Shown here piece after piece: positions 1 through 14,029 of a stretch of DNA of 64,000 bases. Position 1 is the stretch's first letter; each line of letters starts with the position of its first letter. This stretch comes from Octopus vulgaris (Eukaryota): assembly GCA_951406725.2 (NCBI GenBank), contig OX597815.1:204476001-204540000 (forward strand), in the 5' to 3' direction. The translations under genes and the position numbers were made by a program. Under the pieces are notes generated by a model. It searched no databases, was not told where the DNA came from, and saw only the letters and a list, made by a program, of their open reading frames with translations.

Positions 1-270
1 TGGTGTCATATTCAAAATTGTCCCTGTGCTATCTTTTCTCTACTAAAGTCATGTTCGCGTCACTTCACAACACTATAAAACAGAAGTACTTCACCTCAAC
101 TGGCTCTCTTTAACATCATGCCAAGACACATAAGAGAAGAAAAAGATCCTCTAACATTCAAACGGTTCCTGTGCGAATATCTCCAATAAATTCCAGATAA
201 ACCACCTACAGCCAAATATATCTCTGCAAACAATAACTCTTTTACTGGAATGGGCTAAGGTGCCCAAAGA
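1..270 (+). mobile_element. Decayed CR1/L2-like LINE 3' end
   Basis: Translates to LFNIMPRHIREEKDPLTFKRFL..IPDKP-like C-terminus; similar to 15970-16360. Confidence 0.45.
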
Positions 271-569
271 ATGACTAATATGAAACATCATTAAATGTCT
301 TTTCGGGGTGGTGCTAATAAGTAAGACATTGTGTGTGTGTGTGTGTGTGTGTGTGTTAACAGAATAGATTTTCCACCTGTAGCTCCGTTATACTGTGTAT
401 ATGCGGAAATAAAACTGGGTTCAACCTTAAAGGATATTTGCAATGGTAAATTACGGGATTTCCGAATAGCTAGCGCATTTTCCTCTAATAGAGAAAAGTC
501 GTCCAGGACAGTTCAGTCACAATTCACAATGAATACAGCTACATTTATGTAATATTCATAACATTGTTT

Positions 570-999
570 AATGTGGCGAGCTGGCAGAAATGTTAGCACG
601 CCGAACGAAATGCTTTGCGGTATTTTGTCTGCCGCTACGTTCTGAGTTCAAATTCCGCCGAGGTCGACTTTGCCTTTCATCCTTTCGGGGTCGATAAATT
701 AAGTACCAGTTACGCACTGGGGTCGATATAATCGACTTAATCCCTTGGTCTGTCCTTGTTTGTCCCCTCTATGTTTAGCCCCTTGTGGGCAATAAAGAAA
801 TAAGAAACATTAGCACGCCGGGCGAAATGCTTAGCGGCATTTCGTCCGTCTTCACGTTCTGAGTTCAAATTTCACCGAGGTCGACTTTGCCTTTCATCCT
901 TTCGGGGTTGATAAATCAAGTACCAGTTACTTACTGGGGTTGACCTAATCGACTGGCCGCCTCCCAAAAATTTCCGGCCTTTAGCCTAGAGTAGAAAAG
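570..999 (+). mobile_element. tRNA-derived SINE family A, dimeric copy
   Basis: B-box GAGTTCAAATTCC, conserved gcctttcatcctttcggggtcgataaa body twice; 19-bp TSD aatattcataacattgttt at 551-569 and 1000-1018. Confidence 0.85.
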
Positions 1000-1561
1000 A
1001 ATATTCATAACATTGTTTCTTTCGTTATCCATTTATTTTTATAATAATTCTCCATTACCATATTTTGCCAGCAAATTTCTTTGGTAAATTTCTTTTTCTC
1101 ACCTTCCTGTATAGAGTGTCTGATGAAAAAGGAAAATAATCTGTATCTTTACGGCTGGAACGTGTCCGAACATGGATCTGCTGAATCGGAGATGAGATCA
1201 CAACAACAAAACTACGAAACACACACACACACACACACAAGTGCGCAAGCAAAAATCACAAAATACACACTTATACATATATGAGGAACATCCACATTTT
1301 CTGCACGAGGTTCATTCACAAAGCAATGTTCGCCCAAGAGCCATTAAAGAAGTCAAAAATATAAGTAATTTTATTTCAAATAGATTTGGGAGTTTATTTG
1401 TCTCTGCGTCCGTTCAAATGAGATGGGAATTTGCGCGGTTCATATCAAGATCGAAGGTAATTTGTATGGTTCATATGGTTCATATGGTTCATATCTTAAA
1501 ATGATTTTGCAAAAGACAGAACCTTAGAATGGAAAGGTTTTCGATATTTTTATTCATGTGA

Positions 1562-1602
1562 TTAAGATCTAATTCTTCTGCTTATCGGTACCCTTCTTCG
1601 AT
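1562..1602 (-). CDS. Probable terminal coding exon (DRRRVPISRRIRS*) followed by 3' UTR
   Basis: Strong acceptor ctctttttattttcag|, phase 1 matches upstream exon, TAA at 1564-1562. Confidence 0.6.
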
Positions 1603-1653
1603 CTGAAAATAAAAAGAGAATGAATGAAACAGCAATATTAGAAACACAGGAGT

Positions 1654-1686
<33 letters not shown>

Positions 1687-1893
1687 GGTTTCAATCATTG
1701 GACTGCCGCCATTCAGGGACTCTGACACGAAGGCATTTAGTTGATTATGTTGACACAGTACTGTTCACTGTTTGGTACTTAGCGATCACGGTGTAATACC
1801 GGACAGAAAAAGTCGATTCCGTTGAAAGGGACGTGCCGAAACAGTGTCGAACAGACAACAAAGTATTTTTGTAGACCGAACCATTCATCACTG

Positions 1894-2144
1894 ACATACA
1901 TACATACATGCAAACATACATACATATATACATACATACATACATACATACATACAGACCTACATACATACATACATACATACAGACAGACCTACATACA
2001 TACATACATACATATATACCTACATACATACAAACATACATACACACATACATATATACATTCAAACATGCATACATACATACATACATACAAACATACA
2101 TACATTCAAACATTCATACATACATACATACATACATACATACA

Positions 2145-2174
<30 letters not shown>
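1894..2174. repeat. (TACA)n microsatellite
   Basis: Direct inspection. Confidence 0.95.
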
Positions 2175-2175
<1 letters not shown>

Positions 2176-2240
2176 GCTAAATAAAATGAGACAACAAACC
2201 CAAGGTTGTGTGGAATTTTCAGTACATTTATAAAGAGATA

Positions 2241-2288
2241 GTCTTACAGCTGTTTCTGGGATATTAGGGATATTCCTTCGTCAGAGAC
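2241..2288 (-). ncRNA. Minimal hammerhead ribozyme motif in PLE-like terminal fragment
   Basis: gtct-CTGACGA-stemII-GAAA-cagctg-TA-agac; palindromic stem III, GUA cleavage triplet; stem II imperfect. Confidence 0.6.
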
Positions 2289-2590
2289 AATGTGAAATGT
2301 TTTAATAAAGGGAAATATTAGACTTCAATATAAGGAGTTATTTTGGAAAAGGATGGAAATGAAGAGTATAGGAGGAAATAGGAGAATGAAAGTAGAAATA
2401 AAAATACATAATGATGTCATAGTTGTAGTTCCATTCTCCAAAGAAAGGGGTCTGTAGAAGTGGTAGAAATGCTTCATCTCGAACCGAGAGTCTAACTACG
2501 GTTCTTCCATAGCACTTACACAGCGTTATCTGCCACCTTGACCCTTCTAGATACCAATACCTCTCATACATACATATATGTGCGTGTGTG

Positions 2591-2638
<48 letters not shown>

Positions 2639-2639
<1 letters not shown>

Positions 2640-3491
2640 GAGATCTGATCAATAAGTATCCGGACTGTTGCCATAGTAAAGAAGTCAAAGCACGCAGTGC
2701 AGCGGCTTGGCACAGATTCACATTGAACTATGCTGTGCACGTGCACTAAGTTTTAACGTTTTAGCTCACTTCCGTTGTTTGCAGCAGTGTTTGGAAGGAA
2801 CGTGTGTAGCGGGATCGTCGCATTGATAATGACAGAGAAAGGTGTCATGGCGACACCTGCTCAGAGGCCTTCCTAAAGTTGCAGAAAGTGTATGGAGAGG
2901 AGTGTATGAGCCGCACACAAGTGTACGAGTGGTTCAGACGTTTCTCGGTATTGATATTGACAAACGTTCTAGGAGACCCGCAGCCAGAAGAACTGATAAA
3001 AACATCACAGATGGGCGTGCAGCTGAGTGGGGAAATCGGCGAATCACCATCCGTGAGTTATCAGAGTATGTGCAGATTAGTTACGGTTCAGTTCAGTCCA
3101 TTATCACTGAAGATTTGTGTATGAGGTGCATGTGTCTGCCAAGTTTGTGCCAAAACTGCTTTCAGTTGACCAAAACACACTCGGGTTTCATTTGCGCAAG
3201 ATCTCTGTGATTGTGTTGAGAACGATGAATACTCTTTGAAAACTTTGCGTACATCTCTCATCAGGTATCGCCAAGTTTTGAGAAAAAATTTGATGCAGAT
3301 TCTCTGCCAACTTTCTCTGTCATGGACAATGCGACGATCACACACTACACACCTTCCTTTCAAACACTGCTGTAAATTTCGTGCGCATGCGCAGCAGAGT
3401 TCAAGGTCAATCTGTGCCAAGCGGCTTCAGTCTCTGTGCTTTAGCTTCGTTTCTATAGCAACAGTCCGGATATTTATTGAATCAGACCACG
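2639..3491 (+). mobile_element. Internally deleted mariner transposon with ~120-bp imperfect TIRs
   Basis: TIRs cgagatctgatcaataagtatccggactgttg / reverse copy at 3491, TA flanks; HTH fragment MQKVYGEECMSRTQVYEWFRRF. Confidence 0.85.
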
Positions 3492-3526
3492 TATATATGT
3501 GTATATGTATGTATATTTATGTGTGG

Positions 3527-3692
3527 AGGCACCAGCATGGCTGTGTGGTAAGAAGCTTGCTTCCCAACCATATGGGTCTAGGTTCAGTCCCACTTCATGG
3601 CACCTTGGGCAACTACCATCTACTATAGTCTCGGACCGACCAAAGCCTTGTGAGTGGATTTGGCAGACGGAAACTGAAAGAAGCCCGTCGTG

Positions 3693-3757
<65 letters not shown>

Positions 3758-3904
3758 TATGTATGTATGTTTATGTGTGAGTCTTTGTGTCTGTTTGTTC
3801 CCCTACCATCGCTTGACAACCGATGTTGGTGTGTTTACGTCCCCATAACTGAGCGGTTCGGCAAAATAGATCGACAGAATAAGTACTAGGCTTACAAAGA
3901 AATA
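3527..3904 (+). mobile_element. SINE family D (tRNA head, CORE-like ccttgggcaag segment, internal microsatellite)
   Basis: Matches copies at 42450, 51562, 54862, 58473. Confidence 0.8.
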
Positions 3905-3939
3905 TATATAATATAGACAGACATGTATACGTAAATACA

Positions 3940-4510
3940 TATGTATATGTACATACAAACATGCATACATACACATACATACATGTACGCATACGTATAT
4001 ACATACATACACACCTACATTCATACATACAGACATGCATACATACATTCATACATACATACATGCATACATACACACATACATACATACATACATACAT
4101 TCATACATACATACATACATACAAACATACATACATACATACATACATACATACATTCATACATACATGCATGCATACATACATACATACATACATACAC
4201 ACATACATACATACATACATACATACATACATACATACATACATACACACATACACACATACACACACATACATACATACATACATACATACATACATAC
4301 ATACATACATACATACATACATGCATACATACATACATACATACATACATACATTCATACATACATACATTCATACATACATACATACATACATACATTC
4401 ATACATACATACATTCATACAAACATACATACATACATACATACATACATACATACATACATACATACATACATTCATACATACACATATATACACACAT
4501 ACATACATAC
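3940..4510. repeat. (TACA)n microsatellite
   Basis: Direct inspection. Confidence 0.95.
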
Positions 4511-4569
4511 GTAGAAAGAGGTAGGAGGGTAGAGAGAGAGAAACGAATGAAGTCAGATGAACATCTCAC

Positions 4570-4759
4570 CTTTGTATGCTAATTGGTAGCAAGTATCGAA
4601 ATCAATGTCTCCTCTTGGTGTCATATGTGAGTCAGGTACTGATCGCATCGCGAAGCGTGTGTTAATTGTCAAATGACTTGGATACCCATGAAAGTCTGAT
4701 TGGTAAATGCTTTTTGTAGGCTGAGCTAAATTCTTCAGATTGCCTAGGAGAAGTTTTTT
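4570..4759 (-). CDS. Coding exon of same gene (KKLLLGNLKNLAQPTKSIYQSDFHGYPSHLTINTRFAMRSVPDSHMTPRGDIDFDTCYQLAYK)
   Basis: Acceptor taaacag|, donor AAG|gtgaga, 190 nt open, phase 0 to 1; SIYQSDF and TCYQLAY motifs. Confidence 0.75.
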
Positions 4760-4923
4760 CTGTTTATATATAGTTAATGGAGGCCAGTGGTACGTATGCC
4801 TGTGTGGGTTAAGATAGTCTTGCTAAATTGAACAGAAAGATAATATCACATTTAATGTAAAGAACACTGGAATCAATATATTTATTATATGCTATTTTCA
4901 CAGTCGGTATCATATGAAGTGTT

Positions 4924-5140
4924 AAGGCGGCGGGCTGACAGAATCGTTACTGCGCCGGACAAAATGTTTGGCGGCATTCTGTCCGTCTATATGTTCTGAG
5001 TTCTAATTCCTCCGAAGTCGGCTTTGCCTTTCATATTTTCAGGGTCGATAAAATAAGTACCAGTTGATCACTGAGGTCGATGTAATCGGCTTACCCCTCC
5101 ACCGAAATTACTGGCCTCGTGTCAACAGTTGAAACCAATT
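4924..5140 (+). mobile_element. SINE family A, older diverged copy
   Basis: Similarity to 570-999. Confidence 0.7.
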
Positions 5141-5222
5141 TTAAATGAAGTGTTAAAGATCTTTTGTCAATCTCCACTAACAGCATGTTTCTGGCAGCGC
5201 ATCATTTTGTTGCAGATTGGTG

Positions 5223-5606
5223 TGGAAGCACTCCGTCGGTTACGACGATGAGGGTTCCGGTTGATCCGATCAACGGAACAGCCTGCTCGTGAAATTAACG
5301 TGTAAGTGGCTGAGCACTCCACAGACACGTATACCCTTAACGTAGTCCTCGGGGATATTCAGCGTGACACAGAGAGTGACAAGGCCGGCCCTTTGAAATA
5401 CAGGTACAACAGAAACAGGAAGTAAGAGCGAGAGAAAGTTGTGGTGAAAGAGTACAGCAGGGATCACCACCATCCCCTGCCGGAGCCTCGTGGAGCTTTA
5501 GATGTTTTCGCTCAATAAACACTCACAACGTCCGGTCTGGGAATCGAAACCGCGATCCTACGACCGCGAGTCCGCTGCCCTAACCACTGGGCCATTGCGC
5601 CTCCAC
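5223..5606 (-). mobile_element. tRNA-derived SINE family B (young, ~385 bp)
   Basis: Near-identical to 8472, 25799, 48952, 49988; head ggaggcgcaatggcccagtggttaggg...ggtttcgattccc. Confidence 0.9.
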
Positions 5607-5747
5607 TAACACATGAGTAATCGTTAACTGATTGTCTTCTTGAATTTTTATTTATTCAATGTTATAATGCTCATCTTACTCTGCTTCATATGTAGAACTG
5701 AAAATTTTTAGTGTAGCATATGGATTTAATATACATCCAGAAATACC

Positions 5748-6169
5748 TATTTCTTTACTACCCACAAGGGGCTAAACACAGAGAGGACAAACAAGGACAG
5801 GCAAACGGATTAAGTCGATTACATCGACCCCAGTGCGTAATTGGTACTTATTTAATCGACCCCAAAAGGATGAAAGGCAAAGTCGACCTCGGCGGAATTT
5901 GAACTCAGAACGTAGCGGCAGACGAAATACCTATCTCTTTACAACCCACAAGGGGCTAAACACAGAGAGGACAAACAAGGACAGACAAACGGATTAAGTC
6001 GATTACATCGACCCCAGTGCGTAACTGGTACTTAATTTATCGACCTCGAAAGGATGAAAGGCAAAGTCGACCTCGGCGGAATTTGAACTCGGAACGTAAC
6101 GACAGACGAAATACGGCTATGCATTTCGCCCGGCGTGCTAACGTTTCTGCCAGCTCGCCGCCTTAACAC
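5748..6169 (-). mobile_element. SINE family A, dimeric copy
   Basis: TSD ccagaaatacc at 5737-5747 and 6170-6180. Confidence 0.85.
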
Positions 6170-6851
6170 CCAGAAATACCAACCCCAAAATGTTTCTTCT
6201 GCATCTAGCTAGAGGAATGTTGCATCATCTTATGACGTCGATAAATCTGTAAGCGAATTGTGCACGTCATTAACGTATTTATTTTCTTGATGCAAATGGA
6301 ATTACTGCACAGCAGGCGATTCCGCTAATTACAATTGTTTAAGCAGAAAATACAAGCAAATATAGTCCTGACACACTTTTTTTCCAGCAAGTGACATCAT
6401 TATATTATTTAACTTGTATTTGTGATAGTCTAATTAAGTTATTTTATACTTAGATTGAAGTAATGACTGTACATTTTATGACAATGGTCACTGCATTTTC
6501 AAGTTATTTCCTTTCTACTGAATTAGTCAAATTCCTTTAAAATAGTTGCACGAGCAACCATATAATTAACTTCATTAACTTGACGACTCCAATCATAAGT
6601 ATATATTTGAAAGAAATGGGTTCCACTTGACTATAAAGTTTTAGACTCATTGTGGAAAGACAACGACAATCTCTTTCTTTTAAGACTGAGACTCAGACTT
6701 GGAACAGCAGCAATCTTTTCTCGATGCCGTGTAGCAACATATCTAAATTCATAAATTATACAGCGTAATTTTTGTCGATACAGACTATCACCTGTTTACC
6801 AGGACTCCTTACTTTTTTCATAGCATCAATTAGAAGTGCCTTCCTTTAGAA

Positions 6852-7070
6852 CAGTGGTTTTCAAGCAGGGTTCCACGGAACCTTAAGGTTCCGCCAGTAC
6901 AGTGCAGGGGTTCCGCAAGAAGTTACAAAACTGCTAAAATCGGCAATAATTTTTAATTCTCCTGTGCAGATATGTGTACATAAGACTATTAAATTATTGC
7001 ACAGGGGTTCCTCGAGCCAGTGGAATGTTTCCTTGGGGTTCCGCTCCAACAAAAAGTTTGAAAAGCACTG
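6852..7070. mobile_element. hAT (Charlie-like) MITE, 219 bp
   Basis: TIR cagtggttttcaa / ttgaaaagcactg; perfect 8-bp TSD ctttagaa at 6844-6851 and 7071-7078. Confidence 0.85.
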
Positions 7071-7184
7071 CTTTAGAATATTGGATAGTACAAACGATCG
7101 ATTGAATCCAACCCATCCACATCCATAACAACTCTTGCAAAGAAACGCAATGTATCCCTTTCCACAGTATCCAGAGCTGTGAAC

Positions 7185-8002
7185 ATGAATCTTGGCATGA
7201 CTAGCTATGTTCGACGATGCCGTCACCTCTTAAGAGCCAAGGCCAGAGCAATCAGAGCCGAGAAATGTCCAAAGCTTCTGTCATTCGTCAAGCATCAAAG
7301 TGCAGGAAAAATTCATGTTTGTGGACGAGAAGGAGTTCACTGTGGTTGCTGAGGTGAAGCGCAGCAATTCTCGTGTATACTACTCTTCTGACGTTCCCTC
7401 TGTGTTTGAGACTAAGAATCCTGCCTCTGTGATAGTATTTGGAGCCGCGGCGAGTTATGGAAGTGTCATGGATCCACACTTCATTGACCCTCGCTTGAAG
7501 ATCAGCACAAAGGAATATCTAGACATCCTGAAGAACTATCTGTTACCTTGGATGGAGCAGAAGTTTGGGCTTGATAATATGGTGTTTATCCATAATTCTG
7601 CACCATGCCATGAGTCAAAAGCAACACAGGCCTTCCTTAATGAGAAGGTGCCATTTTTGTGAGAGCCAACATCTGGCCCAGGTCACAACCTTCTCGATTA
7701 CTTTTATGGAGCACACTTCAAGCAAGGACGAATGCTTCACCACGCTCGAGTGTCTACAATTTGAAGACCTGCATCATACATGCAACAGGCAAAATAAAAA
7801 AAGCGGAGGTTGCGGCAGCTTAAAAAAATTCATTCTTGTGTGGAGGTAGTAATTACCCAAAAGTGCGGCCATATTGAGTGATAACTGTTGTTACTGCAAC
7901 AAATGTTACATTAAAATTAGATCTGTCTGCTACCATTATTTTAGTATTTATGACCAGTTTTATGCGTCGTAAAAATTGTCTCAGTTTATCTGCAAGACCC
8001 TG
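7185..8002 (+). mobile_element. Tc1/mariner DD37D (maT-like) transposase remnant
   Basis: ORF 7300-7662 FVDEKEFTV...PASVIVFGA...FIHNSAPCH; ends ...accctg|TA. Confidence 0.75.
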
Positions 8003-8039
8003 TATATTGCTTTCAATTTTTTGCACAAAGCCAGCATTT

Positions 8040-8224
8040 TCTGGGAAGGAGTTACGTCGATTACATCAAGCTCAGTGCTTAACTGGTACATATTTTATCG
8101 ATATCGAAAGGGATGAAAAGTAAAGACAAGCTCAGCGGAATTTGAACTCAGAACGTAAAGACGAGCGAAATGTTGATAAGCATTTTTCTCGGCGTGCTAA
8201 CGACTCTGCCAGCTCGCTACCTTT
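8040..8224 (-). mobile_element. SINE family A, diverged
   Basis: Similarity to family body. Confidence 0.65.
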
Positions 8225-8304
8225 GCCAATAGCGAATACATTTACATTTGTCTTACTAAATTACTGAAATTAGTTTCCTAAATACACAAATGGAAATGAC
8301 TTAC

Positions 8305-8393
8305 CGAATGGGTTGTGGTGGTCTCAACATCTCCTCCTACTCTTCTGCTGAATTTATCAAACTGGGCGCCACTATGCATCACACGTTTTCGTT
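8305..8393 (-). CDS. Coding exon of same gene (QRKRVMHSGAQFDKFSRRVGGDVETTTTHS)
   Basis: Acceptor ttaatttag| (weaker), donor TCG|gtaagt, 89 nt, only the phase 1 to 0 frame is open and it matches both neighbours. Confidence 0.65.
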
Positions 8394-8471
8394 CTAAATT
8401 AACGCAGATTATGTCACAATTAAGCTTTTAATAATAATTTCTATAAAGTAAGACTGAAATATTAAATGAAT

Positions 8472-8857
8472 TGGAAGCACTCCGTCGGTTACGACGATGA
8501 GAGTTCTGGTTGATCCGAATCAACGGAACAGCCTGCTCGTGAAATTAACGTGTAAGTGGCTGAGCACTCCACAGACACGTGTACCCTTAACGTAGTTCCC
8601 GGGGATATTCAGCGTGACACAGAGAGTGACAAGGTCGGCCCCTTGAAATACAGGTACAACAGAAACAGGAAGTAAGAGTGAGAGAAAGTTGTGGTGAAAG
8701 AGTACAGCAGGGATCACCACCATCCCCTGCCGGAGCCTCGTGGAGCTTTTAGGTGTTTTCGCTCAATAAACACTCACAACGCCCGGTCTGGGAATCGAAA
8801 CCGCGATCCTATGACCGCGAGTCCGCTGCCCTAACCACTAGGCCATTGCGCCTCCAC
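8472..8857 (-). mobile_element. SINE family B
   Basis: Near-identical to other copies. Confidence 0.9.
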
Positions 8858-8985
8858 ATCACTTATTATAATCACTTCTCGGTTCATTTGATAACGAATA
8901 AATTCTTTTTAGATCTTTTAATTTTTTAAACATTTATTTGGCAGCCAATAGCGTAATGTTAATTATTCAGTGAGTTAGATTTTTC

Positions 8986-9996
8986 CAGTGGTGAGCACGG
9001 TTCTGCAAACCCGCTAACAGCTAATTAGCGAAGCTAACTTTTCGTTTAGCGGATTAGCATTTTCACTACTTTCAAAACCGTTAGCGGACCAATTACCTTA
9101 CGCTAAATTTTAAGACCGCTAACAAAATTCATGCGTTTGTACACGTTTTTTTGTGGGCGTGTCTCGAAGAGTCCTTCAGTTACGCTATTGGCTGACTACG
9201 TGTACACATGACAAGATATGATTGGTCGACGCAGCAGCAGCTAGCTGAACAGCATTGTGCAATCCCGCACTTTTGAGTTGTGTTCACTTACGACGTTGTC
9301 ACATTACAGGCATCTTACAGTATCAGCGACAGCAGTGTACGTTATCGCTTATCGTTATGGAAGGTGAAGACGATTTTTGTTCGGCCTGAGGATGAAGGGC
9401 CTGTTGAAAAGTCTGCAACGGCTGTGGGTGAGGCAGAGGTCATTCAGGTTGAGAGCCAGATGTCTCAGAAGCCGTGGCGCCACCCGGAGAACTACTTTGT
9501 CCTTACGTCAATAGATAAGACGAATGCCAAAATACTGTAGTTCTGGTGCATCATGTGCCAATCCAAGGAGACCACCATCAAGGGACAAGCGGCGATCCTC
9601 TACAACTTGAATTCGCATGTCAAAAAGAAACTCCCAGCGCATGCCATCAGGTTTGTGGAGAGGACCAAGACCGGTTCTTTCGGTGGGGAACACAGACAAT
9701 CTTCAGGTAGAAATGCCAGTAGCCAGTCGGCGCAGCCATGTGCAAAAAACACGCGCCAGTCCACCATTGGCGAGGTGTTTTCCCAAACTGCTGGCACAGG
9801 TGTCCATCAATCTATGGTGGAAAGAAGGATTGTAGTCCTGTTTGTCGACAACATGCTACCGCTGCATGTAGTGGAGTCTCCCACCTCGGTCGGCCTGATG
9901 AAGACGCTGAACCCCAGCAGGACGTCAATGTCCCGCCGCACTCTGGGCAGGATGATCTTGGTCAGTCATAAACAACTGGAAGAGTAGCTCACAAGG
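8986..9996 (+). mobile_element. 5' part of hAT transposon with BED zinc-finger transposase fragment
   Basis: Starts cagtggtgagcac with gctaa/ttagc subterminal repeats; PWRHPENYF...CIMC...NLNSHVKKK and VDNMLPLHVVESP..L, interrupted by a stop. Confidence 0.7.
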
Positions 9997-10148
9997 TATT
10001 TCCAAATTAAAATTATACAAGATTATTAAAATATTATTATGGCGTACTTCATATTTTCTTAATTTAATTTAATTATTTAATTATTTATTAAATAAACATT
10101 TTCTTAATGTAATAAAATGTATAATAGCTATTTGAAATAAATGTCATA

Positions 10149-11251
<1,103 letters not shown>

Positions 11252-11640
11252 CACTGCACAGCCAAAATAGCAGTCTTTAATAAATTAAACGAATAAACGA
11301 ACCTTTAGTTCGGAACTTATCAAATTCCGATCATCATTCTAGCCCTCATCTCGGTTAAACATCCCCCACCACCACCAACGCATCACTTATCAAGGCAGTG
11401 TCATTATTTTTAAAAGTTTAATAACAAGGCTTTAAGTTATAAGTAATATTTCCAGGAATTTAGAATTGATTTCATATTCAGTGTAATGATACACTTTTAT
11501 ACGCTAATGAATGCCACGAAAATCATTTTCGCCATAAAGCAATAAATAAAGAGTTATTAGCAATTAAAGTTTGAAACTTTTGGATAATTTTAGCCAATTG
11601 TAAGTCACAGACATATTCATGCCAGTTTTCATAGTAACAA

Positions 11641-12642
11641 GCGGAACACAAGAACTCTTTTGTCTGCGAGAAAGCACGTGTTGACAAATATATTGAAGTC
11701 AATTATTGACGCTTTGTTCTGCTGTTTTATTCACCTGGAAATTTTACTTATCCGTTGACAAATATATTGAAAATACTTGTAGGTGCTGTGTTCTACTGAT
11801 TTATCCACCTGGAAATTATATCGATCCGTTTGATTATGGCAACAATTGTTTTTAGATAAAATCTTTTAAGCTCGTACTAATGCTTAAATGTGTTTATTTT
11901 TAAGTATATTTAATTTTTAATGTGTTGCTTATCGCATGAAATGCATATTGAATACTTAAATGTTTGTCTTTTAAGCATATTTAATTTGTAATGTGTTGCT
12001 TATTGCATTAAATGCTTAAATGTTTCTTTTTAAGCATATTTAAATTGTAATGAGTGGTTTATCGCATTAAATTCATATTGAACGCTTAAAACTACAAAAT
12101 AAGCATTGTTTTTCTTCTTTGTCATTGAGGTGGTTGTGAGGTGTGCTAAAAATAACAGCTAAATAACGTTTTTTGATAAATCTTTTAAGTACGTGCTATC
12201 ACATTAAATGCATACTGAATACTTAAAACTGCGAAAGACGTATTGTTTTGGTAACAAAATCGTTGTTTTTTAAAAATTTTTAATTTGTAATGTGCTGTTT
12301 ATCGCATTAGATGCATATATTGAATGCTTCAAACAACAAAAGACATGTTGTTTACTCGTTTCCGCGTCTGGAATACAAATATTGACAACACGTGCTATTT
12401 TCAGGATGTTGACGACAAAATGTGCAGCCACGCACGAATTGACCGCTTCCAAATCCTGTTTCCTGACTGGGTGAAAATGATCAAACTTTAAACCTCTATA
12501 AATTTTTAAAAGCGTTTTTCTAGAAAAAGTGAAGTAACTCAAGCAATTCAGCTTGGAAAACTACATTAATGGGCCAAATTTTTAAAATTTTCAATAAACT
12601 TTAATTTTTGAAATGCTGGCAGCCAGACAGAAAAGATCCCAG
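11641..12642. mobile_element. Putative old non-autonomous DNA element with internal ~60-bp AT-rich tandem repeats
   Basis: Repeated aaatgcatattgaatacttaaa...gtgttgcttatcgcatt units 11880-12330; degenerate terminal match; catagtaacaa direct repeat at 11630-11640 and 12643-12653. Confidence 0.4.
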
Positions 12643-13009
12643 CATAGTAACAAATGTTATACTACAATGTATGCGATTTCTATAAACAAAATATGGTTAT
12701 AAGATACTGCGATCAAATGTTTTGCCTCCTTCCTACCCACAAAAAATTGTACAAACCACGATCTCACAAAAACCATTGCAGCTTGCGTGGTGGGGATTCA
12801 AATGAGAGGCTTTTTTTTTATTTAAACAACAACCCAGGGAATCTAGAATAAAACTGTCTCCAAATAATGTGGCCTTAAAATGCCATTGTCCTGTTACGCC
12901 ATTAGTAATGTTGATAAAGACACAAATGACAAAAACTTTATTTTCGGGTTTTTTCTATTCTTGCAAAGTTAATAGATTTTTTCTGCCCAGTGAAAAGAAA
13001 ACAATATAT

Positions 13010-13345
13010 GGTTGTAAGGTAAGAAGATTGCTTGAAAGCATCATGATTGCGGGTTCAATCTCATTGCGTAGCATCTTGGGCAGTTATCTCAACTATAGCC
13101 TCGGGCCGACCAAAGCCTTATGAATGTATTTGGTAAACGGAAACTGAAAAGAAACCCGTTGTGTCTGTGAGTGTGATGTGTGTGTGTGAGTGTCTGTCTG
13201 TCTATCTCGCTTAAGAACCAGTATTGGTTTGTTTATGTCCCCGCAAAAAGATACCGATAGAGTAAGTACCAGACTAACATAAATAAGTATTGAGCTGTGC
13301 CGCGACACGGCTGCAATCGAATGACTGAAGTAAGTAAAAGATGAG
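13010..13345 (+). mobile_element. SINE family D, diverged
   Basis: ctatagcctcgggccgaccaaagcc...aaactgaaaagaaacccg body. Confidence 0.65.
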
Positions 13346-14029
13346 CAACTCAAAAGTACTGTGTTCAACAGAACAGGAGATCAAGAGATCCGGAATTTAA
13401 ATGCACGAGCCTATTCCATTTCCTGGTTGTAGCTATTTTTATTCACTTCTGTTCAGGAATATAATTCAGAAAACAGTGAATATATCATTTTATTTATCCG
13501 TTCTCAGTAAATTTGCGACACCTTGCCTATGAGATACATAACCCATGATGTTATAAAACTAGTGTGCATACATTTATACATACATATCCACACACGCGCG
13601 CACTTATACATATATACACATGCTAAGAGAAATAATTCAGAGAGGCCAATGGTATGAATGTAGACAACAAAAGAGAAGGTAATCAAACACTTAGCAACAA
13701 TTGTGATTGGTTGCGAATGAGAAAATCAACAATACTCTGGAAGTAATATATTATAAGGAAAACACAGACGTTTTGAGAAGAAAAAACAGATGACTGTAGA
13801 CACGTGATTTTGCCTGAGCTGATGTTATCAGAAATGCAACTGTCCTGTCTTGACACTAGCGAGACATAAAAAATCCAGTTATGACTATCTCATCTGTTAT
13901 TTAAATATATTGTTATTTAGGACTACATTATCCAATGTGTCCTTTAGTTTTCAGACAGTCGGGTACAACTTGATGGAGATTTGGCTACTATTGCTAGTTG
14001 GTTAGATCGCCAGAGACGTTAGGGAATTG

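Noticed and set aside
1812-1852. Additional hammerhead-like string (ccgttgaaagggacgtgccgaaacagtgtc)
   Set aside because: Core and stems too degenerate and only one copy seen
1745-4582. Long ORFs rich in [12 protein letters not shown] (and similar throughout the window)
   Set aside because: Translations of (TACA)n, (TA)n and (TG)n microsatellites, which lack stop codons
5270-5473. Recurrent ORF MVVIPAVLFHHNFLSLLLP... (five copies) suggesting a small gene family
   Set aside because: Lies within SINE B copies bounded by TSDs; identity reflects recent retroposition
6620-6742. Open stretch after a minus-strand AG between exons 8305 and 4759
   Set aside because: No matching donor and the long open frame is in the wrong phase
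11880-12330. Regularly spaced repeats resembling a CRISPR array
   Set aside because: Degenerate tandem units without unique spacers, eukaryotic context, no cas genes
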